Under the pieces are notes generated by a model. It did not search any database, was not told where the DNA came from, and worked only from the letters and a program-made list of their open reading frames with translations. A stretch of DNA of 64,000 nucleotides, taken from assembly GCA_963665325.3 (NCBI GenBank), contig OZ224045.1, forward strand, positions 608,001 to 672,000, written 5' to 3'. The number at the start of each line of letters is the position of its first letter. Positions within the stretch are counted from its first letter, which is position 1. The translations under genes and the position numbers were made by a program. Origin of the DNA: Alphaproteobacteria bacterium (GTDB lineage: Bacteria; Pseudomonadota; Alphaproteobacteria; Bin95). Of this stretch, positions 7,368 through 16,366 are shown in pieces.

Positions 7368-8564
7368 CTATAGAACATCGGCGGCAATGCTGACCGCTAT
7401 CCTCTCAGCGGATTCCCTGACCGAGTCACGCGCGAGATGCGCATAGCGCGCGGTGGTTTCTATCCTGCGGTGGCCGAGCAGCCGGCCGATGATCGGCAGG
7501 CCCTCGCCGAGCGCCAGCGCCCTGGACGCGAACGAATGTCGAATGTCGTGGATGCGCACGTCATCCAGCCCGGCCTTCGCGCGGATGCTCTGCCACGCCC
7601 CATCGATGTCGGCCATGTGCGTGCCCGGCTTCGCGCCCGGAACGACCCACGGATTGTCCGGTTCGCGCGGCAGGGCCGCGAGCACGTTCACCGCCGCCGG
7701 CGACAGGTGGACCGTGCGGTCGCCAGTCTTCCCGTTGACGATGCGCATCTCCGCCCTGTCGAGATCGACATGCTTCCAGGGCAGGGTCATGATCTCGTTC
7801 TTGCGGCAGCCCGTCAGCATCAGCAGGCGGATCGTCGTGACCGCCCCCGCCGATACCTGGCTGCCGTTCCCCGACACCTCGTCGAGCACCTGCCCGAGGC
7901 GGGTGAACTCGGCGTCGGTCAGGAAGCGCTCGCGCTTCTTCTTCGGGTTCATTGGAATCGACCGGCACGGATCGTCGTGGTCCTCGGGGACCATGTCCCA
8001 GCCCTTGGCGAGCTTGTACATGTAGGTCAGGGTCTCGACGACCATGTTGGCCATGGCGGGGATTTCGCACAGGCTCTCGTGCAGCGCCATGACGTGGCGC
8101 CGCTCCACCGCCGCGATCGGCAGCTTGCCGAGCGCCGGCACGATGTGGCGGTTGACGACGCTGCGCGCGGTGCGCTGCGTCTTCGGCTTGCAGCGGGCCG
8201 CGACATGCTCTTCGAGATAGCGCCGCCCCAGGTCGGCGACGGTCGGCCCGCCGGCGTGTTTCGCAGGGAGCGGCAGGGGCACCGGATCCTCGCCGGCCTT
8301 GACGCGCGCGATGATGAGCGCGGCCCGCTGGCGCGCCTCGGTGGCGCTCAGCACCGGATGGCGCCCGACCGTGATGCGCCTCGGCCGGTTGGGCCTGCCC
8401 GGCCCGTCGGGACCGCGCGCCTGGGCGACGAAGACCTTGCCGCCGGTCGGGTATACCCGGACGCCGAAGCCGGTCAGGGTGCGGTCCCAGAACACCGTGT
8501 CGCGCTCGACGAAAAGCGCCTCCACCGTGCGGTTGGAGAGCGTCCTGTATTGCAGCACCGCCAT
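7368..8564 (-). CDS. Tyrosine recombinase/integrase with arm-type DNA-binding N-terminus (type B, copy 2)
   Basis: WDRTLTGFGVRV; TGCRKNE, GKTG, HDIRH, LGH...TTARY catalytic set intact. Confidence 0.93.
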   Translation of the reverse strand: MAVLQYRTLSNRTVEALFVERDTVFWDRTLTGFGVRVYPTGGKVFVAQARGPDGPGRPNRPRRITVGRHPVLSATEARQRAALIIARVKAGEDPVPLPLPAKHAGGPTVADLGRRYLEEHVAARCKPKTQRTARSVVNRHIVPALGKLPIAAVERRHVMALHESLCEIPAMANMVVETLTYMYKLAKGWDMVPEDHDDPCRSIPMNPKKKRERFLTDAEFTRLGQVLDEVSGNGSQVSAGAVTTIRLLMLTGCRKNEIMTLPWKHVDLDRAEMRIVNGKTGDRTVHLSPAAVNVLAALPREPDNPWVVPGAKPGTHMADIDGAWQSIRAKAGLDDVRIHDIRHSFASRALALGEGLPIIGRLLGHRRIETTARYAHLARDSVRESAERIAVSIAADVL

Positions 8565-8576
8565 CGCCCGCGCCTC

Positions 8577-9761
8577 CTATGCCGCCTCGGCGTCCGGCGC
8601 CGCGAGGTGGGCGCCGATGCTGTCTCCGGTGCGCGCCGCGGCGGCCTTCTCCGCGTCGTGCACGAGATGCGCATACCGGGCGGTGGTGCCGACCTTGGAA
8701 TGGCCGAGTATGCGCCCGATCATCGTCAGGCTCTCGCCGAGGGCCAGCGCGCGCGAGGCGTGCGAATGACGAAGATCGTGGATGCGCACGCCCTCGATGC
8801 CGGCATGGTCCTTGATGCGGTTCCAGTAGTAGGTGAGGTCGGGCAGGCAGATGCCGGGCTTCTGGCTCGGGATGACCCACGGATTGCCTTCGACGCGCTC
8901 GATGCCGTCGAGCACCTTCAGGGCCGGCGTGGTCAGCGGCACCATGCGCGGGCCACGCTTGCCGTCGCGGAGCCGGAACTCGCCGGCGGTGTGGTCGACG
9001 TCGTCCCATCGGAGTGTGAGGATCTCGGACTTGCGGCAGCCGGTCAGCATCAGCAGCCGGATCGCGGCGATCGCCGGCGGCCACATCCAGCCTCCGGCCT
9101 CGGCTTCCCTGAGCGCCGCGCCGACGCGGCGGTACTCCTCCGCCGTCAAGAACCGCTCGCGGGCCTGCTCGCGGTAGTGCCGGACCATCCTGCAGGGATT
9201 GCGGCCGCGGGGCACCAGTTCCCATGTCTCGGCGAGCGAGAACATCTTCGAGAGCATCGAGACGACGTGGTTGGCCATCGAGGGCGTGTTGCGCAGGCGG
9301 TCGTGGAGCTCGATGACGTGGCTCGACCGCACGTCCTTCACCGCCATGGTTCCGAGCGCGGGGACGATGTGCCGGTCGATGGCGGTGCGGTAGAGCTTCT
9401 CCGTCTTCGGCTTGCAGTGGACCTTCACGTAGGCGCGCATCGCGCGCGCCGCGAGGTCGGCGACGGTGGGGTCCGGTTCCGGCTTCGGAGGCAGCGGCTC
9501 CAGTCCGCGCTTGATGCGGTCGATGACCTCGGCCGCCTCGCGGCGTCTCTGATCGATCGCCTTCCCGGGGACGGGTCCAAGGGTGACGCGCTTGAGGCCG
9601 GCGGGACCGCGCGACTGGACGACATAGACCTTGCGGCCGTTACGCTGGACGCGGACGCCGAAACCGGCGAGGTCGCGGTCCCAATGAACGGCGTCCCTGC
9701 CGGTCGCCGGCAGGGCGGCGACGCTGCGGGTGGTGAGGCGGAGGGTGCTTCTCTTCGGCAT
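8577..9761 (-). CDS. Tyrosine recombinase/integrase (type A, copy 2)
   Basis: MPKRSTLRLT start; WDRDLAGFGVRV; TGCRKSE, HDLRH, LGH...TTARY. Confidence 0.93.
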   Translation of the reverse strand: MPKRSTLRLTTRSVAALPATGRDAVHWDRDLAGFGVRVQRNGRKVYVVQSRGPAGLKRVTLGPVPGKAIDQRRREAAEVIDRIKRGLEPLPPKPEPDPTVADLAARAMRAYVKVHCKPKTEKLYRTAIDRHIVPALGTMAVKDVRSSHVIELHDRLRNTPSMANHVVSMLSKMFSLAETWELVPRGRNPCRMVRHYREQARERFLTAEEYRRVGAALREAEAGGWMWPPAIAAIRLLMLTGCRKSEILTLRWDDVDHTAGEFRLRDGKRGPRMVPLTTPALKVLDGIERVEGNPWVIPSQKPGICLPDLTYYWNRIKDHAGIEGVRIHDLRHSHASRALALGESLTMIGRILGHSKVGTTARYAHLVHDAEKAAAARTGDSIGAHLAAPDAEAA

Positions 9762-9820
9762 GGCGGTCCCCGGGGTCGCGGCGGCTCGATTCGGCTCCGA
9801 ATTGGAAGGTTGCAAATTGA

Positions 9821-9921
9821 GTCATCAAACCGCAAACGAGCGGCATCAACCTGTGGGGATAGCCTAGGCCGGCTCTGGCCTCAATTCAAGGGGTCGTGGG
9901 TGCCGAGGAAAGACAAAAACC
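9821..9921. repeat. Conserved upstream/end segment of integrase pair, copy 2
   Basis: 25/29 identity to 12040-12068, with further collinear blocks (TCAAGGG, GAGGA.AGA.AAA.ACC). Confidence 0.7.
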
Positions 9922-9937
9922 TATGTAAGACGCTAAG

Positions 9938-10810
9938 TTAGACCGCACATGGCCGCGATAGGAACCAGGAGGACGTGGCTGGCCGGGGGAAGAAAAAATC
10001 GCCTGTCTTAGAATCGGGAAGGCGCAACTCGCCGGCATCGAGATCGACGTCCGTCCAGCGCAGCGCGAGGACCTCGCCCTTGCGGCAGCCGGTCAGCATC
10101 AGCAGGCGGATCGCCGCCGCCGCCACGGGAGAGGCGGTTCCGGCCTCCACGGCCTCGTCCAGCGCCCGCCCGAGCCGGGTGAACTCGGCGTCGGTCAGGA
10201 AGCGCTCGCGGCCGCGCTCGGGATGTTTCTCGATCGACCGGCACGGGTTGCAGCCCGCCGGCACAAGGCCCCAGCCTTCGCCCAGACGGTACATGTGCGC
10301 CAGGGTCTTGACCGCCCGGTTGGCCGCCACCGGGCGGCCGCTCAGCCCGCGGTGCAGCTCGACGACCTGCCTGCGCTCCACCGCCTCGACCGGCAGCCGG
10401 CCGAGGGCGGGCAGGATATGGCGGCGCAGCACGCCGCGGAGCTTCGCCTGCGTCCTCGGCTTGAGCCGGACCTCGACATGATCCTCCAGATAACGGGCCG
10501 CAAGGTCGGCCACGGTCGGGCCGCCCCTGGCGCGGGCCGCGAGCGGCAGCGCCACCGGGTCCTCGCCCGCCTTGATGCGCGTGACGATCAGCGCCGCCCT
10601 CCGGCGCGCCTCGTCGGCGTTGAGCACGCCGTGCCGGCCCACCGTCACCCGCTTCGGCCCCTCCGGCCCCCGCGCCTGGGCGATATAGACCTTGCCGCCG
10701 GTCGGATAGACCCGGACCCCGAAGCCGGTCACGGTCCGGTCCCAGAACACCGTGTCGCGCTCGACCGTCATGGCCGCCACGGAGCGGTTGGAGATCGTCC
10801 TCTGCTGCAT
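9938..10810 (-). pseudogene. C-terminally truncated tyrosine recombinase (type B, copy 1)
   Basis: Homologous to 7368-8564 up to DSKTG, then an unrelated tail; lacks HxxR and the catalytic Tyr. Confidence 0.85.
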
Positions 10811-10821
10811 CGCCGTTCCCC

Positions 10822-12006
10822 TCACGCCGCCTCGGCGTCGCCGGGCATGATCCAGGCGGCGATGCTGCCGCCGGTCCGGGCGGCCGCCGCCTTCTCGGCG
10901 TCGCGCACCAGGTGGGCGTATTTCGCGGTGGTGCCGACCCGGGCATGGCCGAGCAGGCGCCCGATGACCGGCAGGCCCTCGCCGAGCGCCAGCGCCCGGC
11001 TGGCGTAGGAGTGACGGCAGTCGTGGAGCCGCACGTCATGGAGCCCCGTCGCCTTCCTGACCCGCCGCCAGTGCCAGGACAGGCAGGCCAGACGGCTCTG
11101 CGGCTTCGCCCCCCTGAGCACCCAGGGAACGCCGTCCTCCCGCTCGATGCCGTCCAGCACCTTCAGCACCGGCCCGGTCAGCGGCACCATGCGCGGGCCC
11201 GTTTTCGAGTCGCGGAGCCGCAAGACCCGCGCCGCGCGGTCGATGTCGTCCCATTGCAGGGTCAGGATCTCGTCCGAGCGGCAGCCGGTCAGCATCAGCA
11301 GGCGGATCGCCGCGATGGCGGAGGGCTGCATCGAGCCCTCGGCCTCGAAGGTCTTCAGCACATCGCCGATGAGCCGGAACTCGTCCGGCGTCAGGAAGCG
11401 CTCGCGGGGCGTCTCGCGGTACTGGCGGACATGCCGGCAGGGGTTGCATCCGGGCGGGACCATCTCCCAGCTCTCGGCCAGCGCGAACATCTTCGAGAGC
11501 ACCCAGATCGCCTGGTTGGCCGCCGCCGGCGTATCGCGCAGTCCGTGGTGGAGCCCCGCCGCGTCTTCCGGCGCGACGTCCTTCAGCGCCTTGCTCCCCA
11601 GCGCCGGCAGGATGTGGCGCTCGATGGACATGCGGTAGTTCTTCGCCGTCCTCGGCTTGCAGCGCGCGGCGACATGGTCCTTCAGGCAGAGTGCCGCCAG
11701 GTCGGCGACGGTGGGCTCGGGCGCCGGTTCCGGCTGCTTCGGGTCCTCGCCCCGCTTGATGCGGTCGATGGCCGCCGCCGCCTCGCGGCGGCGCTCCTCC
11801 ACAGTCTTCTCACCGGCCGGCCCGAGCGTCGCCCGCTTCAGGCCTGCCGGTCCCCTCGACTGGACGATGTAGAGCTTGCGCCCGGTGGCGTGGACCCTGA
11901 CCCCAAAGCCGGCGAGGTCGCGGTCCCAGAAGATGGCGTCCTTGCCGCCGGGCTTGAGCCCGTCCACAATCCGCTTGGTCAGCCTGAGGGTGCTCCGTTT
12001 CGGCAT
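10822..12006 (-). CDS. Tyrosine recombinase/integrase (type A, copy 1)
   Basis: MPKRSTLRLT start; TGCRSDE, DSKTG, HDCRH, LGH...TTAKY; same length (394 aa) as copy 2. Confidence 0.93.
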   Translation of the reverse strand: MPKRSTLRLTKRIVDGLKPGGKDAIFWDRDLAGFGVRVHATGRKLYIVQSRGPAGLKRATLGPAGEKTVEERRREAAAAIDRIKRGEDPKQPEPAPEPTVADLAALCLKDHVAARCKPRTAKNYRMSIERHILPALGSKALKDVAPEDAAGLHHGLRDTPAAANQAIWVLSKMFALAESWEMVPPGCNPCRHVRQYRETPRERFLTPDEFRLIGDVLKTFEAEGSMQPSAIAAIRLLMLTGCRSDEILTLQWDDIDRAARVLRLRDSKTGPRMVPLTGPVLKVLDGIEREDGVPWVLRGAKPQSRLACLSWHWRRVRKATGLHDVRLHDCRHSYASRALALGEGLPVIGRLLGHARVGTTAKYAHLVRDAEKAAAARTGGSIAAWIMPGDAEAA

Positions 12007-12039
12007 CGCCGCGCTCCGTCCCGAAATGCCCGCATATCG

Positions 12040-12140
12040 GTCATCAAACCGCATACGGACGACATCAAATCGGGGGCGATTGAAGGCGATGCTTGGCGGG
12101 AAGTCAAGGGTTCGGATGCCGGTGAGGACAGAAAAATACC
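12040..12140. repeat. Conserved upstream/end segment of integrase pair, copy 1
   Basis: GTCATCAAACCGCATACGGACGACATCAA, matching 9821-9849. Confidence 0.7.
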
Positions 12141-12214
12141 ATACATTACAACACTCTTTCACAATCGTGACACTGGACGGCGGGCGGCGGCAGTGATTGG
12201 CAACAATTCAATGC

Positions 12215-12259
12215 GACCCCGGCTCAAGTCCGGGGTGACAGTTAGGAGGCCGGGGTGAC
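12215..12259 (-). repeat. GTCA-type REP-like palindrome with a partial second copy
   Basis: Minus strand GTCACCCCGGACTTGAGCCGGGGTC; CCGGGGTGAC repeated at 12250-12259. Confidence 0.5.
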
Positions 12260-12343
12260 GGTTTTGGGGGCCGGGGCCAGGCTTCGGGAACTTCTTCATC
12301 CCGCGTAGCGGCGCAGCCGCGTATCGGGGGATGCGCCGCCGCC

Positions 12344-13234
12344 CTACCCCGCGCCCGCCCGCTCCGCCAGCGCCAGCACATGGCGGGCGGCCTTGAGGTG
12401 CGGCATGTCCAGCATCTTGCCGTCCAGCCCGACGGTTCCGGCCCCGCCGGCGTTCTCCATCGCTTCCACGACGCGCCGGGCATGGGCGATTTCGTCTTCG
12501 GTGGGCGCATAGGCGCTGTTGATCGGATCGACCTGCGCCGGGTGGATGGCCACCTTGCCGGTAAAGCCTGTCTTGCGACCCTGCAGCGCCTCGGCGTGCA
12601 GGCCGTCGAGGTCCCGGAAGTCGGGATAGACCGAGTCCACCGGCTCCGTGCCAGCTGCCTTGCATGCCGCCAGGCAGAGCGCGCGCGCTAACCGGTACAC
12701 GTCCTCATACTCGCCGTCAGGCGCTCGGTTGGTCGAGGCTCCGAGCGCCGCCGAGAGGTCCTCCGCACCCCAGGTCATGCCGTAGATGCGCGAGCTTGCG
12801 CCGGTGAAGCTGTCCATCGTGAAGAGCGAACGCGCCGTCTCGGTGGCGACGACGAGGATTTGCGTGGCTCCGGGCGCGACCTCTTCCCGCGTTTCCAGGG
12901 CCGAGAGATAGTTGTCGAGCCTGACGGCCTCGGCAGCGGAAAAGGTCTTCGGCAGCACGATCCCGTCCGGCGCGCCGGCCATCACGGCCGCGAGGTCCGG
13001 CAGCGCCAGTTCGGTGTCGAGCGGGTTGATCCTGACCCATAGCTGCTGGCTGCGGTCGTCCCGGTTGGCTTCCAGCCGTTCCCGGACCATCTGCCGCGCC
13101 ACGGGCAGGTTGGACTGCGCAACGGAATCCTCAAGGTCGAGGATCAGCGCGTCGGCCGGCACGCCGCGCGCCTTTTCGAATTTGCGCGCGCTGTCGCCCG
13201 GCACGAACAGAAAGCATCTGAGCGCGTCGGTCAT
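12344..13234 (-). CDS. CitE/HpcH family CoA-ester lyase
   Basis: LFVPGDS, DLEDSV, WVRIN, GAEDL, GKVAIHPAQV, LDGKMLDMPH; ATGA overlap with MaoC gene. Confidence 0.92.
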   Translation of the reverse strand: MTDALRCFLFVPGDSARKFEKARGVPADALILDLEDSVAQSNLPVARQMVRERLEANRDDRSQQLWVRINPLDTELALPDLAAVMAGAPDGIVLPKTFSAAEAVRLDNYLSALETREEVAPGATQILVVATETARSLFTMDSFTGASSRIYGMTWGAEDLSAALGASTNRAPDGEYEDVYRLARALCLAACKAAGTEPVDSVYPDFRDLDGLHAEALQGRKTGFTGKVAIHPAQVDPINSAYAPTEDEIAHARRVVEAMENAGGAGTVGLDGKMLDMPHLKAARHVLALAERAGAG

Positions 13235-13686
13235 GACGGACGCTTCTTCATCATGCCCTGGCGCTTGCAGCGGGCGACCTCTTCGCCGCGCTGGTTCAAC
13301 GCCCAATGCTCGAAGGTGACGATGCCCACCTCTGGCCGGGACCGGCTCTCCCGCTTGTCGAGGATCTTCGTGTAGGAGGTGATGGTATCGCCGTGGAAGA
13401 CCGGACTGCGGAAGACGCAGTCGGTCATGCCGAGATTGCCGACCGTCGTGCCGAGCGTAGTTTCCTCCACCGACACGCCGATCATCAGCCCCAATGTGAA
13501 GATCGAGTTGACCAGCCGCTGGCCGAATTGCGAGTTCTCCTTCGCAAATTCCTCGTCCAGATGAAGCGGCTGCGGGTTGTGGGTCAACGCCGTGAACAGG
13601 ATGTTGTCCATCTCCGTCACCGTGCGGGTGATCGGATGCTTCCACTCCATCCCGATTTCGAATTCCTCGTACCAAAGACCGGCCAT
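13231..13686 (-). CDS. MaoC family dehydratase
   Basis: RTVTEMDNILF...NPQPLHLD...PVFHGDT hotdog-fold motifs. Confidence 0.92.
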   Translation of the reverse strand: MAGLWYEEFEIGMEWKHPITRTVTEMDNILFTALTHNPQPLHLDEEFAKENSQFGQRLVNSIFTLGLMIGVSVEETTLGTTVGNLGMTDCVFRSPVFHGDTITSYTKILDKRESRSRPEVGIVTFEHWALNQRGEEVARCKRQGMMKKRPS

Positions 13687-13738
13687 TGCCGCTTTCCTTC
13701 CCTTCCGTCTCTATTTCCGGCTGGCGGAGCGTGTTGTG

Positions 13739-14443
13739 TCAGCGCTTCTCGTATTGCGTCGAGCCGAACATGATCTCGCGTTCTTCCTCGGTCATGCCGC
13801 CCTGCCGGCGCCGGTCGGCCAGCACCGCGCAGCCGCGCTCTACCGCCGGGCGCGCTTCGATCTCCCGGAACCAGCGCGCAAGGTTGGGGTGCGCCTCGAG
13901 GTTCTGGCCCTGGTTTTCCCAGCTGCGGAGCCAAGGGTATGTGGCCATGTCGGCGATGGAATACTCGCCGCCGCCCAGCCATTCGCTCTCGCCGAGGCGG
14001 CGGTCGAGCACGTTATAGAGCCGTGTGCCCTCATTGACGTAACGGTCTATGGCATAAGGAATTTTCTCGACCGCATAGTTCCGGAAATGGTTTATCTGTC
14101 CCAGCATCGGACCCACATGGCCCATCTGGGTCATCAGCCATTGCAGGGTGCGGTAGCGCTCCGCCGGGTCGGTCGAAAGGAAGCGGCCCGTTTTTTCGGC
14201 CAGATAGATCAGCATCGCGCCGGATTCCGCGAGCGCAAAAGGCTTGCCGCCGGGACCCTCCGGATCGACCATCGCCGGCATCTTGTTGTTCGGGCTGATC
14301 TTCAGGAAGTCGGGCGCGAACTGGTCGCCCTTCCCGATATTGACCGGAATGACATTGTACCCGAGGCCCGTTTCCTCCAGCATGATATGGACCTTGTGGC
14401 CGTTCGGCGTGGGCCAGGTGTAGAGGTCTATGGCGGCGGTCAT
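13739..14443 (-). CDS. Glutathione S-transferase, YfcG/YghU-like
   Basis: TPNGHKV, ISPNNKMPA, ESGAMLIYLAEK, YSIADMA. Confidence 0.92.
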   Translation of the reverse strand: MTAAIDLYTWPTPNGHKVHIMLEETGLGYNVIPVNIGKGDQFAPDFLKISPNNKMPAMVDPEGPGGKPFALAESGAMLIYLAEKTGRFLSTDPAERYRTLQWLMTQMGHVGPMLGQINHFRNYAVEKIPYAIDRYVNEGTRLYNVLDRRLGESEWLGGGEYSIADMATYPWLRSWENQGQNLEAHPNLARWFREIEARPAVERGCAVLADRRRQGGMTEEEREIMFGSTQYEKR

Positions 14444-14604
14444 GGGCGCGGGCCTCCGCTGGTTTAAGAGGTGGCGCCATTCTAACTCATCGCCGACAGG
14501 TTGCCGGCCCCTGCGACATCGGCGCGTGCCGGCTTCGCAGGACTTGTCGCCCCGCGCGTTCCTGCCTAATCATGCCGCTCTCCTCACGATGGCGGAGACG
14601 TGGA

Positions 14605-15309
14605 ATGGACGCCGGAATTCGCGACGCGCTCGCCAGGTGCTCGACAGCGACGATCACGTTGCAGTTGCTGAAGCGCGGCCTCAGGGCGACGGCCATGCGA
14701 GGTGTGGCGCCGCTCGCCGCCGGCCAGGGGCGCGTTGTCGGCGAGGCCTATACGGTCCGCTTCATCCCCATGCGCGAGGACCTTTCCGACCCGGCGATCC
14801 TGAGCGCAAGCGAGAATCCGCAGCGCCGCGCCATCGACGAATGCCCCGAGGGCGCCGTCCTCGTCATGGACGGTCTCGGCAACGGCAATGTCGGCACGCT
14901 CGGGGACATTTTGGCCGAACGGCTCAGGTTTCGCGGCGTTGCAGGCTGCGTGACGGACAGTGCGGTCCGGGACGCCGAGGCCGTCATCGATACCGGCCTG
15001 CCCGTCTGGTGCAACGGCAGGGCGGCCCCGCCCAATATCACCGGCCTTGCCATGGGAGACCTGCAGACCCCGATCGGTTGCGGCGGCGTGGCAGTCATCC
15101 CGGGCGACGTGGTGGTTTGCGACGGCGACGGCGTGGTGGTGATACCGAAGGCGATGGCGGAGAGCGTCGCCGCCGACGGCGTCGAGCAGGAACGGCTGGA
15201 AACTTTCGTCCAGGAGCGTATCCGCGCCGGCCATCCGGTCGCCGGAACCTACCCGCCCGATGAAGAAACGCTGGCGGCCTACGAGGTCTGGAAGCAGACC
15301 CGGGACTGA
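14605..15309 (+). CDS. RraA/HMG aldolase family protein
   Basis: GTLGDIL, VTDSAVRD, GGVAVIPGDVVVCDGDGVVVIP. Confidence 0.88.
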   Translation: MDAGIRDALARCSTATITLQLLKRGLRATAMRGVAPLAAGQGRVVGEAYTVRFIPMREDLSDPAILSASENPQRRAIDECPEGAVLVMDGLGNGNVGTLGDILAERLRFRGVAGCVTDSAVRDAEAVIDTGLPVWCNGRAAPPNITGLAMGDLQTPIGCGGVAVIPGDVVVCDGDGVVVIPKAMAESVAADGVEQERLETFVQERIRAGHPVAGTYPPDEETLAAYEVWKQTRD

Positions 15310-15343
15310 CCGGCTACCCGAAAGCAAATCAGGGAGGCCGTTC

Positions 15344-16366
15344 ATGGCCCTGAAGATTGACGCGCAATTACGCGGCTTCGACCTCACGCACGTCCCGGCA
15401 CAGGCCCGGCGCCTCGAAGAGCTCGGCTTCGACGCCGCCTGGACCTTTGAGGCGGCGCAGGACCCGTTCCTGCCGCTGGCGGTGGCGGCCACGGCGACGG
15501 AGAAGCTCGAACTGGGCACCAATATCGCGGTCGCCTTCGCGCGAAGCCCCTTCTCGATGGCCGGTACCTCCTGGGATATCCAGCGCGCCTCTCGCGGGCG
15601 GCTGCATCTGGGCCTCGGCACGCAGGTCCGCGCCCATGTCGAGCGGCGCTTCTCCATGCCGTTCGACCGGCCGGCGGCGCGGGTCACCGACTATATCCGC
15701 TGCATGCGCGCGATCTTCGATACGTTCCAGAACGACGCGCGACCCAGCTATGAGGGCCCGTTTTACCAATTCCGGCTGATGAACCCGTTCTTCAATCCGG
15801 GGCCCATCGACCATCCGCATATCCCGATCTACCTCGCGGGCGTCAATCCGCGCATGTGCCGGGCGGCCGGCGAAGCGGCGGACGGCTTCCATATCCATCC
15901 CATGCACTCGGTCTCCTACCTGGGCGAGGTCGTCAAGCCCGCCATCGACGAAGGCGCGAAGACGCGCGGACTCGGTGTGGACGACCTCGATCTCCAGACG
16001 ATGGTCTGGCTCGTGACCGGAGACAGCCAGGCAGAGATGGACGCGGCCTTCGAGCAGGTGCGGCGCGACATTTCGTTCTACGGCTCCACCCCGAATTACC
16101 GGCGCATGCTGGAGCATCACGACCTCGCCGACCTCGGCAAAACGCTGAGCGGGCTGGTGCGCCAGGGCGCGTTCGACGAAATGGCCGCACTCGTGCCCGA
16201 CAGCCTGGTCGAGGATGTCGCCGTCATCGGCAAACCGGGCGAGATCGGCGAAAAGCTCCGCAATCGGTATGACGGCCTTGTGGACCGGGTAGCGCCCTAC
16301 CGGCCGATTCCGGACCACGACCAGGCCGAGCGCTGGCAGGCGTTCACTTCCGCAGTTCGAGGCTGA
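15344..16366 (+). CDS. LLM-class oxidoreductase, probably F420-dependent
   Basis: DPFLPLA, LGTNIAVAFARSP, LGLGTQVRAHVERRFS, FYGSTPNY; GGGAGG RBS. Confidence 0.88.
   Translation: MALKIDAQLRGFDLTHVPAQARRLEELGFDAAWTFEAAQDPFLPLAVAATATEKLELGTNIAVAFARSPFSMAGTSWDIQRASRGRLHLGLGTQVRAHVERRFSMPFDRPAARVTDYIRCMRAIFDTFQNDARPSYEGPFYQFRLMNPFFNPGPIDHPHIPIYLAGVNPRMCRAAGEAADGFHIHPMHSVSYLGEVVKPAIDEGAKTRGLGVDDLDLQTMVWLVTGDSQAEMDAAFEQVRRDISFYGSTPNYRRMLEHHDLADLGKTLSGLVRQGAFDEMAALVPDSLVEDVAVIGKPGEIGEKLRNRYDGLVDRVAPYRPIPDHDQAERWQAFTSAVRG

Larger units (their letters stand above)
1..12140. mobile_element. Right end of an integrative/conjugative-type element (leading-region genes, TA module, tandem tyrosine recombinases); left end lies outside the window
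   Basis: DUF2493, DUF4326, ssb, HU, hicBA and four integrases are clustered, with an abrupt switch to housekeeping genes after ~12340. The exact att boundary was not identified. Confidence 0.75.

Noticed and set aside
12007-12162. N-terminal extensions of the integrase A ORFs given in the ORF track
   Set aside because: Not shared between the two paralogues; both align from MPKRST.
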